Positions 9,801-18,944 of a stretch of 36,164 bases of DNA are shown here, piece by piece. Within the stretch, counting starts at the first letter, position 1; every line of letters starts with the position of its first letter. The notes under the pieces are model-generated. The model did not search any database. It saw only the letters and a list, made by a program, of their open reading frames with translations, and was not told the origin of the DNA. The position numbers and the translations under genes were made by a program. Source of the DNA: Staphylococcus phage PI-Sepi-HH2; sequence record MT880871.1; one strand, 5' to 3'.

Positions 9801-11054
9801 ACGCATCTTACCGTTTGCATCAAATGCTGCAACACCTAAATCTCGTAGTCCTCTAGCTTGTTCTTTTGTTGGTGTAGCTAGGTTCTGTAAAGCGTTCATT
9901 AAATACGTACCTGCTTCTCCACCTTCAATACCTCTATTTGATAAGATACCTAATGTTGAAGCCATATCCTCTAATGATTGGTTGTTATTTGCTGCCATCG
10001 GTCCAACATTTTGCATAGCTTCTCCTAAATCTGCAAAGCCTGCCGATGTTTTATTAGCAGTATAAGTTAATACAGATGTCACTCGGTCTGTATTTTTTAT
10101 CATTTGATTAGTATCATCAACTTTTAAACCAAACTGTTCAAGTACACTAGATGAAACACTCATAACTGAATTAAAGTCGTCTCCTGATGCAACAGTAGCT
10201 TTTAATATGCTAGGCATTGCTCCAGTAACTTGATTAAAAGTAAAACCTTTTTTGATTAACTCATTCATACCATTTCTAATAGATTCGCCAGCCACACCAT
10301 ACTGTTTAGCCATATCTTGAGACGTTTTACCTAATTCGCTCACTTGTTCTTTTAATTTTCCTGCTGATACACTACCGTCATCAAGTTGTACTTTCATTTG
10401 ATTCATCTGATCGTCAAATTTTACATAGGCTCTAGCAGCATATCCTAAACCTGCAACAATTGGTGTAGTAACTCTAGTTGTCATTGTTCTACCAAAATTT
10501 ACTGCTTTGGTGCCAGTATTATCAATGTTATTACCTATTGATTTCATCTTTTCTGAAACATCTGCAAAACGTCCACCTGCATTACGATACTCATTCGCCA
10601 TCTGATTCGCTGCACTTTTAGCTTTTAACATCTGTGTTTCAGTTTTCGCTATAGTTGCATTAAGTCGTGATAATTCTGCATTATTAAGCGATTCTTTTGA
10701 ACGTAACTCTGCTAAAGCACTTGATAATTGAGAAGTATTACCTTTCGCACCTTTTAATTGATTTTCTAACTTATTAATTTCACTCGCATAAACTCTTGAT
10801 GAATTTGCCAATTGTTTTTGCTTAGTATTTAAAACATCTAACTTCGCTTGTGCAAGCTTAGCAGTATTACCTAAATCTTTAATAGCTAAACCATATCTTT
10901 TTGAAGCACTTGCATTTTGACCTAATGCTGCAATATTACGTTTAGATTCTGCAGCCATTTGTTGAAGTGCTGCAGTTGCACTTTTCAAATCGGCTTTATA
11001 TTGTGCTGAACCCTCTGCAGTAAGTTTAATTCCTGCTCTTTTTAATTCTGCCAA
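6873..11054 (-). CDS. Tail tape measure protein (1393 aa).
   Basis: Size, position after the G/GT chaperones, hydrophobic central segments, and coiled-coil/KE-rich repeats. TTG start with GGAGG RBS 7 nt upstream. Confidence 0.9.
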   Translation of the reverse strand: MAELKRAGIKLTAEGSAQYKADLKSATAALQQMAAESKRNIAALGQNASASKRYGLAIKDLGNTAKLAQAKLDVLNTKQKQLANSSRVYASEINKLENQLKGAKGNTSQLSSALAELRSKESLNNAELSRLNATIAKTETQMLKAKSAANQMANEYRNAGGRFADVSEKMKSIGNNIDNTGTKAVNFGRTMTTRVTTPIVAGLGYAARAYVKFDDQMNQMKVQLDDGSVSAGKLKEQVSELGKTSQDMAKQYGVAGESIRNGMNELIKKGFTFNQVTGAMPSILKATVASGDDFNSVMSVSSSVLEQFGLKVDDTNQMIKNTDRVTSVLTYTANKTSAGFADLGEAMQNVGPMAANNNQSLEDMASTLGILSNRGIEGGEAGTYLMNALQNLATPTKEQARGLRDLGVAAFDANGKMRSFPDILEDIEKATSGMSDEQKNAALNTIFNTQAMKGINPLIQAGSKSIKDLSKSTKDASKYQDDLSKKMGESASRNVAKMKESFKVLAETLGQQVVPAIIPLIDKATDLANKFGQLDKDTQGAILKIAAFAGAIGPLSLGLGSIVRSIGGTVKGIGTLARGFGKITSGASKVVGGAEKAAGGVSKFGSMAQKVGGFAPLLSNPYVLGFGAIVAASAGVGYLIYNELHKDDNNHKAAVEQTKGKYQDWFDTVTKGSKKASGSQKEIQDATKKTGETYKQMTERMKKQNTDLQDTMKKGWDGYEQRIGKAKILSFGIVQETKKHIEGLKEKLKDLGLSQKEIAAAKANYDNYATMVGSTFKEVGSYIEKNKVITEDLALGTIKATKAVTEEIVNSLNKEKDARINDLKEKQQLGIISQQQLQKETESIDQEYSKRVEAVQDNQQKISNIMATASREHRALSAEETAEITQAYLKLSESTGQAVTDNVQAQKFFSENLQEMISTSGLAALKHAGIIDSTTQKQVKGAKNSEEAIKILKKALEDYDNKKLKEKEIKAKDKTSKEVKKADKAIDDHNAKKTKEKEIKAKDKTTKEVKKADKSLDDHNKKKADEKELKAKDEISDLTKKVKSSLKEIDDLKVEIKKLKAKDEVSKATKKAENAMKKYKEVKADIKKLKAKDEASEKAFKAKIKVLEYNNAKAEKKILKGKDEITALTKKVKSALNQINDLKMEVKELKARGNASTKADEAKGKLDNFNNTKTPTKNLLATGNASKFTDTAQGKLNLFNGTGIPTKNLSANGNASSFTDSARNAVQRYNYTGIPTKRINVSSNAERQAYSAIDALNSIPRFVQSTINVVRNFFSNEHAEGGHIDAYAEGGNIQSHSVPGTYTGIVGEAGPEIFSVNRGNVTITPLNSREKMRGIEGVLQDYTNGNNAGNGVVVNINLNDTVIKEEADEDRLIRKMDQHLRRSLSEQQMIGGA
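7330..8175 (-). repeat. In-frame 90-nt (30-aa) periodic tandem repeats inside the TMP gene, in at least three families.
   Basis: Unit starts near 7346, 7436 and 7526 encode GIPTKNL..NGNAS.FTD. A roughly 90-nt periodicity runs from 7590 to 7990 (catctttcgcttttaa... recurring at 7685, 7776, 7866 and 7957). Near-identical 90-nt units lie at about 8011 and 8101 and encode KEKEIKAKDKT.KEVKKADK..DDHN.KK. Confidence 0.6.
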
Positions 11055-11117
11055 CTTATTGCCTCCTTTCGAAATAAGTATAAATAAAAAGGGCTATAAA
11101 AATTCTATAGCTCTTCA

Positions 11118-11393
11118 CTATAAAAATTCTACAGCCCTCACTTCTTGATAATCTGATTCAGTTCGATTGTCTTTAATTTTATCAATATCTTGTGCAAATT
11201 CTTCAATAGATTTATCAGATAAGAATTCTCTACCTAACAATTTATTTTTAAAAGATTGTTCGTTGTATTGGTCAATCAACATGTAAATTGTAGATAAGTC
11301 ATAATCATATAAAAACGTTTCTCTTGTCATATTAAAGTATGTAATTGCACAATAAAAAAGAAAGTCCCAATTATGCTTTATTTCGACTTTCCC
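11118..11393 (-). CDS. gpT-like extension reached by a -1 frameshift from the upstream chaperone; the fusion product is about 203 aa.
   Basis: The -1 frame relative to 11378..11728 is open from 11396 down to the stop at 11118. The 70-aa ATG-ORF at 11118..11330 is its distal part. The synteny is that of G/GT. Confidence 0.6.
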   Translation of the reverse strand, partial: GKVEIKHNWDFLFYCAITYFNMTRETFLYDYDLSTIYMLIDQYNEQSFKNKLLGREFLSDKSIEEFAQDIDKIKDNRTESDYQEVRAVEFL

Positions 11394-11728
11394 TCTTTAT
11401 CCTTTTCGCTTTTATTACTCTCACTATCGCTTACATCTTCTAATAGTGTTTCTGTAAATTTAGCAACAAATTTATCTATGCTCACTTCATCAACATGTTC
11501 TGTAAGTTCTTGTAAAGTAACTTCTAATCCGTTTGCTTTCAAAATACTTGTAGCTATTTTTGCATTTGTTAAAGCATTTTCACTTTGATATAAATCAGTT
11601 AGATTACCCTGTTTAATCCCGTAATCTTCTTCTAAATGTAACCATAGCGCAGTGTTTACTTTATAAGTACGAGTTTCACCCGTGATGTCTGAAACGAAAG
11701 ATTTTAATTTAGTTTTGAAAATACTCAT
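11378..11728 (-). CDS. Tail assembly chaperone (gpG-like).
   Basis: 116 aa, acidic, between the major tail protein and the TMP. ATG with GGAGTG RBS. A frameshift site lies at its 3' end. Confidence 0.7.
   Translation of the reverse strand: MSIFKTKLKSFVSDITGETRTYKVNTALWLHLEEDYGIKQGNLTDLYQSENALTNAKIATSILKANGLEVTLQELTEHVDEVSIDKFVAKFTETLLEDVSDSESNKSEKDKEGKSK
11387..11393 (-). promoter_or_regulatory. Programmed -1 ribosomal frameshift slippery heptamer G GGA AAG.
   Basis: The minus strand reads gag GGA AAG tcg aaa taa. The heptamer is identical to the lambda G-T site, lies 2 codons before the G stop, and the -1 frame is open downstream. Confidence 0.6.
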
Positions 11729-11751
11729 AGTATATTCACTCCTTTAATTTA

Positions 11752-12456
11752 TTAGCTAGATAAACGAGAGTTATCGGTTGTTCTTGATGTTTCTGAATTC
11801 GATTCACTTGTTACAGTTTCCACTGTTTGACCTGATTTATTTAATGTAGTCAAAACAGTTTTATTGTAGAAACCTGTTTCTAACAGTTTGCGTTCATCTA
11901 ATGTTTTATTTTTACGTAAGTCTGCCTTGTAATAAATGTTTGATTCTTCTTCTTTACCAGTTGCTAAAGGCATAGCGATAATATCGAATTGTTGCATTTG
12001 TTCTTTTTTATCTTCACCCTGTGATTCAACGTTTAAGTCTGTTGGTTGTATTTGACATTTAGGGAAGTTAATAATAATCTTTTCGCCATTTTCATCAATG
12101 ATAGGGAATGCAAATCTAAAATATTTTTTAGTTCCTTTTCCACCCATACCATATACGCCATCTGCTAATTTCGTAGCACCTGAAACTTCTTCCTCAAAAC
12201 CATCTGGAAGATAACCAGCGTCTAATGTAATTGTTGCTTTTGATGCTTTACCTAACACACTATGTAATGTACTAGATAGGTATATGTCTTTTGATTTATA
12301 CTCAAGTTTCGTTTTTAATTTATCCAATGACGGTACTTCAAATACTTTCTCATCATAAACAGGTGCAGTTGTTGGTGTCTCTTCAGTTTTCATTACTTGG
12401 AAAAATCCATTACCAATACCTGTTAACAATGCTTTCTTTTCAAAAGTTGTTGCCAT
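11752..12456 (-). CDS. Major tail protein.
   Basis: ATG at 12456 with GGAG RBS; the track start 12465 is TTG. Size and position fit. The C-terminus is Ser/Thr-rich. Confidence 0.75.
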   Translation of the reverse strand: MATTFEKKALLTGIGNGFFQVMKTEETPTTAPVYDEKVFEVPSLDKLKTKLEYKSKDIYLSSTLHSVLGKASKATITLDAGYLPDGFEEEVSGATKLADGVYGMGGKGTKKYFRFAFPIIDENGEKIIINFPKCQIQPTDLNVESQGEDKKEQMQQFDIIAMPLATGKEEESNIYYKADLRKNKTLDERKLLETGFYNKTVLTTLNKSGQTVETVTSESNSETSRTTDNSRLSS

Positions 12457-12461
12457 AAATA

Positions 12462-12899
12462 TCAATCTCCTTCTATATACTTTTTAATATTATTTTGAAA
12501 TTTGTCTTTACCTCTATCGAAAGCAGGTCTTAAATGTGGTTTAGGTGGTACGTATACTGTTCCTGTCTTATACCTACGCTTTCGTTTACCTTTACTTGAT
12601 CGTGATGTATGTCTTTTACCTTTTTTACGCCCAGTAGCATGAAAGCCAAACTCATGAAAAAATAAATGAAAATTAGGTCGATTTGACCAACCAATCTCAA
12701 CACCATTAGAAACTCTTTCAATATCAATACCACTGACACCTTTACCAGTTTTATATAAGCCTAATCCACGTGCGATATTACGTGCATCGTCACGCATTTT
12801 GATGCCTTCTTGATACATCTTTTCATTTATATTATTAGCTCGTGATGAATATCGTTCTAAATCTTGTATAGCTTCATCAAAACCAAATACGTCACTCAT
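12462..12899 (-). CDS. Tail completion / tail-component protein (HK97 gp10-like position).
   Basis: ATG 12899 overlaps the upstream stop (TGATG coupling). Basic C-terminal half. Synteny. Confidence 0.55.
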   Translation of the reverse strand: MSDVFGFDEAIQDLERYSSRANNINEKMYQEGIKMRDDARNIARGLGLYKTGKGVSGIDIERVSNGVEIGWSNRPNFHLFFHEFGFHATGRKKGKRHTSRSSKGKRKRRYKTGTVYVPPKPHLRPAFDRGKDKFQNNIKKYIEGD

Positions 12900-13237
12900 C
12901 AAATAGATACCTCAATGATGTAATGAAAAATTGTATCATCTACTTCATCGTCGGTTTCAATGATTTCTATCCATTCAGTTGTATTTAAATTGGCTTTTTC
13001 TAATGCGTCTGAAATTGAATTAAGTATTAAGTCATCTTCAACGTCTCTAGGTGTCTTATCAAAATAACTTATTTGATACCGTATGTGTTTTAAATGCTTT
13101 CTATCCGATAAACGTATCGCTCTATGACTAACTACATTAGTAATGATTTTTGGTAATTCCATTTGATAAGAAAATCCGTGCGCCATATCTATATTTAAAG
13201 GTTGCAATGCTTCAAAAATTTTACTTTTAACGCTCAT
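12899..13237 (-). CDS. Head-tail joining protein.
   Basis: 112 aa. The ATG overlaps the upstream stop (TAATG). Synteny only. Confidence 0.5.
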   Translation of the reverse strand: MSVKSKIFEALQPLNIDMAHGFSYQMELPKIITNVVSHRAIRLSDRKHLKHIRYQISYFDKTPRDVEDDLILNSISDALEKANLNTTEWIEIIETDDEVDDTIFHYIIEVSI

Positions 13238-13566
13238 TATATATGCACCTCATATAAACTTAATTCAATTTCATTTTTACTGTAATTTTCATAAATGCGT
13301 GAAATACCATATTCCTTACCATCAATTTCAACTTTCATACTAGGCTCCAAATATTTCATTCTAGGTATCGCAACTCTCATCACTACCATAGTATCGACTT
13401 GCATTGATCTATATTGTTCTTCAGAAGTAATACCTAACTTTCTATACCATGATTTAAAAACCATGTATGAAAAGGTACCAATGACTGTATGATATTTATC
13501 ATACTTTACTCTTTTTTCTCTAAACTCTAATATTCCGTCATTGTACGTTTGATTCATTTTTTTCAT
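13237..13566 (-). CDS. Head closure / head-tail adaptor protein.
   Basis: The track ORF 13237..13635 overlaps the upstream gene by about 100 nt. The start is likely the internal ATG at 13566 or 13557 (MKKMNQTYN...). Synteny only. Confidence 0.45.
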   Translation of the reverse strand: MKKMNQTYNDGILEFREKRVKYDKYHTVIGTFSYMVFKSWYRKLGITSEEQYRSMQVDTMVVMRVAIPRMKYLEPSMKVEIDGKEYGISRIYENYSKNEIELSLYEVHI

Positions 13567-13846
13567 CTTGTTCACTTCTTTCAAAAAACAATTGCATCTG
13601 CAAGTCTGTGATTTCACGTGAGAAATTCTTTTCAAAATGTTCTAATACGTCATTATATGCATAACGTACACGCTCAAACACTAATTCTCTAGCTTGTGCA
13701 TTTTCTTGAATATTAAAGTCACCACATGTATTTTGTAATTTAACAATAGATGCTTCAATCATTTCTTCTAAATTTCTATCACTTTCAGAATTGACAATAT
13801 GCAAACGACTTTTTAATTTTTCTAAAACATCAATTGGAATATACAT
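13538..13846 (-). CDS. Head-tail connector (gp6-like DNA-packaging/connector protein).
   Basis: 102 aa immediately after the MCP. ATG with GGTAGGTG RBS. Confidence 0.55.
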   Translation of the reverse strand: MYIPIDVLEKLKSRLHIVNSESDRNLEEMIEASIVKLQNTCGDFNIQENAQARELVFERVRYAYNDVLEHFEKNFSREITDLQMQLFFERSEQDEKNESNVQ

Positions 13847-13872
13847 TACGTGAAATCACCTACCTTAATTTT

Positions 13873-15030
13873 TTATGATGATGTGTTTTTTCTACCAGTT
13901 GTTTTTGGAGTTGCAATGTTTAAGTCATAAACTAACGCTGCTTTGTTGTCTAATGGTAAACCATTCGCATATTGTTTAATGATATATAAACGTGCATCTT
14001 CCATTGCTAATGCTTCATCATAAGCTTGTAAACTTGCTTTGCCTCCTGCTCCAGCAACATATTGACCTTTTACAAAGAATAACGCCTTACCTTCTGTCAT
14101 TACTTCCGATTCAACAATTTCAATGTTTCCAGGAATTACTGTCACATACGTTCCATTCGCAGTTAATACTGTTGATGTCGCACTTACTGAAGCTACATCT
14201 GATGGATTAAGTACAAGCGTAACTTTTCCATCTACTTTTCTAGATACTCCTTTAGCATTTTTAGATAATGCTTTTTTAACTTCCTTAATTTCATTAACTA
14301 CTGTTGCACCAGGTTCAAAAGTTAATGTTCCAGATGAAGTTTTGTCTGATACTCCACCATTATCAGCTACATCTTTTGTTAATCCGATTGGTTGATGTTG
14401 TGTAGACCCTCCACCATTTAAGAAGCCAGTTTCTAAACCTGTAGCCATAACTTCACCTAATAATTTTTCCATGTAGTCGGCAATATACTTAGGCCCTAAA
14501 TCAAGCATATCTTTTGGAATAGCACCAAATGCAGTTAATTTAAGAATGTCAAAACGTTTTTTACTAAACGCAGCATTGACTTGTCCTTTAATATCTCCAA
14601 ATAAATCACCCCATACTGCAGCACCACTTGGATCAACAGTAATAATTTCAGTTACTGCTCCCATATTTGTTACACCAATAGCATTTAATAATGGGTGTTC
14701 TTTAACTAAGTTTTCAAATACTTTATCGATAAACGTCACTGGTAATACTTTTTCTTCTTTAAACAATCCGTCTTGTGCTACTTGGTTAAAATAACGCACT
14801 TCTTCAGATGTTAACGTTGACTGTCCACGTGATACGAGTACAGCATTGTCTGCAATTTGAGTATTAACATCGTTTTGAATTGTAGTTACTACATCATCAG
14901 ATAATGCTTGTACATAGTCTGAAACAATTTCCTCTCTCTTTTCCTCACTTAATTCACTATTCGTTAATGATGCTACAAATGCTTTTTTTGCATTTACAAA
15001 TTTTTCCGATTTATTAAACTTAATTGTCAT
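13873..15030 (-). CDS. Major capsid protein (HK97 fold).
   Basis: 385 aa after the prohead protease. ATG with GGAGG RBS. Composition is typical of an MCP. Confidence 0.9.
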   Translation of the reverse strand: MTIKFNKSEKFVNAKKAFVASLTNSELSEEKREEIVSDYVQALSDDVVTTIQNDVNTQIADNAVLVSRGQSTLTSEEVRYFNQVAQDGLFKEEKVLPVTFIDKVFENLVKEHPLLNAIGVTNMGAVTEIITVDPSGAAVWGDLFGDIKGQVNAAFSKKRFDILKLTAFGAIPKDMLDLGPKYIADYMEKLLGEVMATGLETGFLNGGGSTQHQPIGLTKDVADNGGVSDKTSSGTLTFEPGATVVNEIKEVKKALSKNAKGVSRKVDGKVTLVLNPSDVASVSATSTVLTANGTYVTVIPGNIEIVESEVMTEGKALFFVKGQYVAGAGGKASLQAYDEALAMEDARLYIIKQYANGLPLDNKAALVYDLNIATPKTTGRKNTSS

Positions 15031-15054
15031 ATTAAAACCTCCAATATTTAAGTA

Positions 15055-15801
15055 TTAAAAAAGAAGTGATTTAAGACGATTATCATTAACTGATTTGTCT
15101 TTCACTTCTTGATTTTTATTATTTTGATTTTGTAATTCTGAAATTTGATTTTTTATTTCTTTAATCTCATTTTCAACATCTATCTTTTGAGATATAGAAT
15201 AATTGCTATTTAAATAACTTGTAATTTCTTTTTCTTCTTTGGTTTGCGTTTCATAAGAGTCTGCAAAACCTTTTTCAAACGCTTCAGATGCAGTAAACCA
15301 TGTTTCATTGTTCAACATCTCCTTAATTTCATCAGTACTCAAACCAGTTTTTTCTTTGTATACATCAATGATAGAAGTATCAATCTTAGATAAATACTCA
15401 TGCACTTTTAACATTTCGTCTTTATTACCATATGTTATAGTTGAAGCGTTATGAATCATCATTGTAGAGCCCGTTCTCATGATAACTTCATCAGCACCCA
15501 TTGCAATAATAGATGCTGCACTTGCAGCTAATGCAGTTACTTCGACAATTACATGTGCGTCTAAATCTTTTAGATAGTTATAAATTTCTAAACCATCGAA
15601 TGCATTTCCACCTGGTGAGTTTAATTTAATTCTTATCGTCTTAGCTTTAACGTTTTCTAACGCTTTTCTCACGTCAGTTGCACTCGTACCTTCGTAAAAA
15701 TAGCCACCTTCACCAATTGCTCCAGAAATAACCAATACATGTTCATCTGATGTTTCTGACTTCATACTTGAGAAAGTATGTTCAATTTTGTTTAGCTTCA
15801 T
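15055..15801 (-). CDS. Prohead protease, ClpP family serine peptidase.
   Basis: ClpP-like motifs (GGNAFDGLEIYNYL, ASAASIIAMGADE..MIHNAS). Lies between the portal and the MCP. Confidence 0.9.
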   Translation of the reverse strand: MKLNKIEHTFSSMKSETSDEHVLVISGAIGEGGYFYEGTSATDVRKALENVKAKTIRIKLNSPGGNAFDGLEIYNYLKDLDAHVIVEVTALAASAASIIAMGADEVIMRTGSTMMIHNASTITYGNKDEMLKVHEYLSKIDTSIIDVYKEKTGLSTDEIKEMLNNETWFTASEAFEKGFADSYETQTKEEKEITSYLNSNYSISQKIDVENEIKEIKNQISELQNQNNKNQEVKDKSVNDNRLKSLLF

Positions 15802-16937
15802 TAGTTAACACCCTCTTTCAACTGTTTTAAAGTTTGATAGTTTTTAGTAACTAAATGTTCATTCATTAATGGATCTTTACTTTCTTCAAAACCTAATTCT
15901 CTTCTAATTTCATTTCCAACAAATACACCACTAGCAATAAGCTTGTCTATTTGGTTAGCAATTTCAAATATATTATCAAAGGTAATAGGTAAAGTATTAG
16001 CTATAATTTTTGAATCATTTAAATACTCTTCTTTATCAAACAATTTTGCATTTAGTTCAGTTACTATGAGATTTAATAATGGCTTAATTGTCATTCTAAT
16101 AAATCGCTTTGTATTTTGTTCTACTTCAGCAATATCTCCCGTAAGTAACTGAATAGGAATACCAAATTTAGTAGCGCAATGATTTAGGAATTGTTTACCT
16201 ACTTTTTCTACATCATCAACACTATTCGCAGCTTGTGATAAAGTTTGTTCTTTATATTGCAACCCTTCTTGTTCAGGTACAATCGCAAAAGACTTATTTT
16301 TAAAGTTGTCATATATACTTTCAATGAATTTATTTACCTTTTCCATTTTCTTTTTATCACTAGCCCACTTACTATCAATTTTTACAATTGAACGTACTTG
16401 AGATTTACGCATTTGAAACTCTATCAGTCGAGCAAACAAATCTCCATAATCACCGTATAAATCATTTAAAATCATTTCTGCATTTTCATTATTATATTTA
16501 ATATAAATGACTTCATCAGATTTAAATGTTCTTGCATATTCAAAGTTACCAATTCTCACATGCTCATAAATATTTGAAACATGAGCATACTCATTCACAT
16601 TAAAATCATCAGCTATTAGCAAATCTTCAGTGTCATTTTGAATAATAAGTAATTCGTTATCATATATAAGTTTATAGACTGCCTTTTGCCAAAATTGAGT
16701 GGCCGATTCATTCACGTTAGGTTTTACATTCAATTTGTAATACATTGAGTTTTTAGTGTATTTATTCTTATCCTTAACTTTGAATTCGACTTGACTAATT
16801 GTCTTTGATATAAGCTCTATACAACTATTAATGGCTAACCTTTTCATATGTGCTTTATTACTGACAGACGCAATTGAAAAACCTAATTCTTCAGCAGTTT
16901 TACGATTTGATTTAAATAAGTCATATAACAATCCCAT
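15801..16937 (-). CDS. Portal protein (HK97-type).
   Basis: 378 aa after terL. ATG with AGGAGGT RBS. Confidence 0.85.
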   Translation of the reverse strand: MGLLYDLFKSNRKTAEELGFSIASVSNKAHMKRLAINSCIELISKTISQVEFKVKDKNKYTKNSMYYKLNVKPNVNESATQFWQKAVYKLIYDNELLIIQNDTEDLLIADDFNVNEYAHVSNIYEHVRIGNFEYARTFKSDEVIYIKYNNENAEMILNDLYGDYGDLFARLIEFQMRKSQVRSIVKIDSKWASDKKKMEKVNKFIESIYDNFKNKSFAIVPEQEGLQYKEQTLSQAANSVDDVEKVGKQFLNHCATKFGIPIQLLTGDIAEVEQNTKRFIRMTIKPLLNLIVTELNAKLFDKEEYLNDSKIIANTLPITFDNIFEIANQIDKLIASGVFVGNEIRRELGFEESKDPLMNEHLVTKNYQTLKQLKEGVN

Positions 16938-16952
16938 TGTATTACCTCCTTT

Positions 16953-18587
16953 CTAAAAATGAAGTTCGTCTAAAAAGAAATCAACATCATCTGTTAATAC
17001 TTCAGAAGCTTTATACAAAGCATGTATCATAGCTTGAAAACCGTCTGTTTTACGTCTATGTTCATCTTTTTTTAGATATTGAACATTACCGTCTTTCGTT
17101 ACATTTTTATAAACATTAAACGTGTACCAATTCATTAAAGGATTTTTACCCCAATACAAATTATTATTAGCGAATAGCGATTCAACTCGTGGTGCTAGTA
17201 ATCCATGAATTGCTGAAGGTTTTCTGATTGAATGTACATTAAAACCTTCTGCTTCTAATAGTGGTCTAATAATGTCTAACTTGTAAATATCAGCAACTAT
17301 AATTTCAATGTTGTATATTTCTCTCATCTCGACAAACCAGTTCACTACATGTCTTGGGTCAATAGTAGGTTCATCAACAATTGTTAATAGCCCTTTATCT
17401 GCCCACTCGTGAATTGGGGGTTTTAACTTTGCTTTTTCTAAATAATCTTTTCTAGCAAACGAATGTGTTTTCCAATAGTAATCATCGCCCTCCCGAAAAA
17501 GTAAACCAACAGCAGTAAAGTCACGAACAGAACCGAAATCTAAACCTCCTACACATGTTTTATGTAGGAGGTCAGGAATTTCTTTATTTGTTTTATATAC
17601 TTCTTCTGCAGTTGCTACTGATTCAGTTAAGTCTGTTTCAGGTAAATTCATTCGCTTAGCCATGAATTCAGCGCGATATTTTAAATTATTGTCTAGCTTT
17701 TGATGTTCTTTAATTACACGCTTATATAAATTTTTAGCGTATGGTGTCATCGGTTTAGAAAATTGAGGGTTTGCTTTTTCCCATGAATACGGATCGTCTG
17801 CTTCTTTAACATCATCTATCTTACATAAGAAACAAAACATATGATCGTCTAACACTTCGCCTTTTAAAATCTTATTTGCTCTATCTAACATGTCATCAAT
17901 CACACCGCCGCGAACATGTCCGTTTGAACCAATAAAAATTTCTCGTGGATTGTCTTTCTTACCTAATCCTGAACCAAAAACATTAATAATGTCATAACTT
18001 TCCATTCTATGAATTTCATCATAAATAACCATACCGTCTTTCAAACCATCTTTGCTACTAGGTGCTGAAGTATGATATTGCAACTTACTATTGGTCGCTT
18101 TCCCTGTAATTTCTTTTAAGTTTCTTCTGAAATAGTCATCTAAATTATTACGTTCTATGCAGTTATATATCTCCATAAATGATGTTTTAGCTTGTTTTTC
18201 AGTATTAGCTACAATAGAAATATCATATTCATCAACTGGGTTATAATCACTTAAGAAAAAATGAGACCAAACAGATACAAGTCCATTTTTACCTACCCCA
18301 CGACCACCCATAATAAAAAATTGGTCATAAAAAATATCGTTATCTTCTTTATAATAAAGAAATAAGAAAGCACTTAAGAATTTTTGAAAATCATCTAATT
18401 CAAAGTAAAATTCTTTAGCAAAATTAATAAGATTTTCAATTTGTTCATCATTAAAATATAAATCATTTCTTGGAAAAATAAAGTCTTCCAAAAAGTCTAC
18501 AAGTTGTTTACGCTCCTCATTAAAAAGTATCTTCCCTTGCTTGTATTGATTGATATAATCAGTAACGTACTTATTTACTACTAGCAA
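16953..18587 (-). CDS. terL: Terminase large subunit.
   Basis: 544 aa with a Walker A-like motif (MGGRGVGKNG) and a C-terminal nuclease region. Follows terS. TTG start; there is no in-frame ATG before the ATPase motif. Confidence 0.9.
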   Translation of the reverse strand: MLVVNKYVTDYINQYKQGKILFNEERKQLVDFLEDFIFPRNDLYFNDEQIENLINFAKEFYFELDDFQKFLSAFLFLYYKEDNDIFYDQFFIMGGRGVGKNGLVSVWSHFFLSDYNPVDEYDISIVANTEKQAKTSFMEIYNCIERNNLDDYFRRNLKEITGKATNSKLQYHTSAPSSKDGLKDGMVIYDEIHRMESYDIINVFGSGLGKKDNPREIFIGSNGHVRGGVIDDMLDRANKILKGEVLDDHMFCFLCKIDDVKEADDPYSWEKANPQFSKPMTPYAKNLYKRVIKEHQKLDNNLKYRAEFMAKRMNLPETDLTESVATAEEVYKTNKEIPDLLHKTCVGGLDFGSVRDFTAVGLLFREGDDYYWKTHSFARKDYLEKAKLKPPIHEWADKGLLTIVDEPTIDPRHVVNWFVEMREIYNIEIIVADIYKLDIIRPLLEAEGFNVHSIRKPSAIHGLLAPRVESLFANNNLYWGKNPLMNWYTFNVYKNVTKDGNVQYLKKDEHRRKTDGFQAMIHALYKASEVLTDDVDFFLDELHF

Positions 18588-18909
18588 CTCTATCCCTCAA
18601 AGAAAACGTTTTAGGTTTGTCGTTACTAGATTCTTTTTTAACTTTTGAGCGTTTGAAAATTGCATCTTCCAACATTAACAGTTCTTTATTTATCTTAATA
18701 ACATCAGACATACTGGGGTGTGTTTTTATGTAATGCTGAGATGAATTATTTACATTAATTGTTAAACCTTCTTTATTAATTGCAGTAATCAGTTGCCTGT
18801 ATTTCTTAACAAGTGCAATGTATCTCTCAATCTTCTCAATTACCAAAAAATCGGTATCATCAACTCTAGCTAACATACTCTCACGAATTTTTTTAGTAGA
18901 AACCGGCAT
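18571..18909 (-). CDS. terS: Terminase small subunit (P27-like).
   Basis: 112 aa. Strong GGAGGTG RBS. Lies immediately upstream of and overlapping terL, and follows the HNH gene. Confidence 0.8.
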   Translation of the reverse strand: MPVSTKKIRESMLARVDDTDFLVIEKIERYIALVKKYRQLITAINKEGLTINVNNSSQHYIKTHPSMSDVIKINKELLMLEDAIFKRSKVKKESSNDKPKTFSLRDRVASSK

Positions 18910-18944
18910 TTTGACACCTCCTTAAAATTGTAAAATTACTCTTT

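Noticed and set aside
12530-15000. Overlapping ORFs 12530..12739 (-), 13295..13492 (+), 13992..14210 (+), 14123..14395 (+) and 14546..14794 (+)
   Set aside because: They lie inside the tail-completion, head-closure and major-capsid genes, in other frames or antisense. No independent signals support them.
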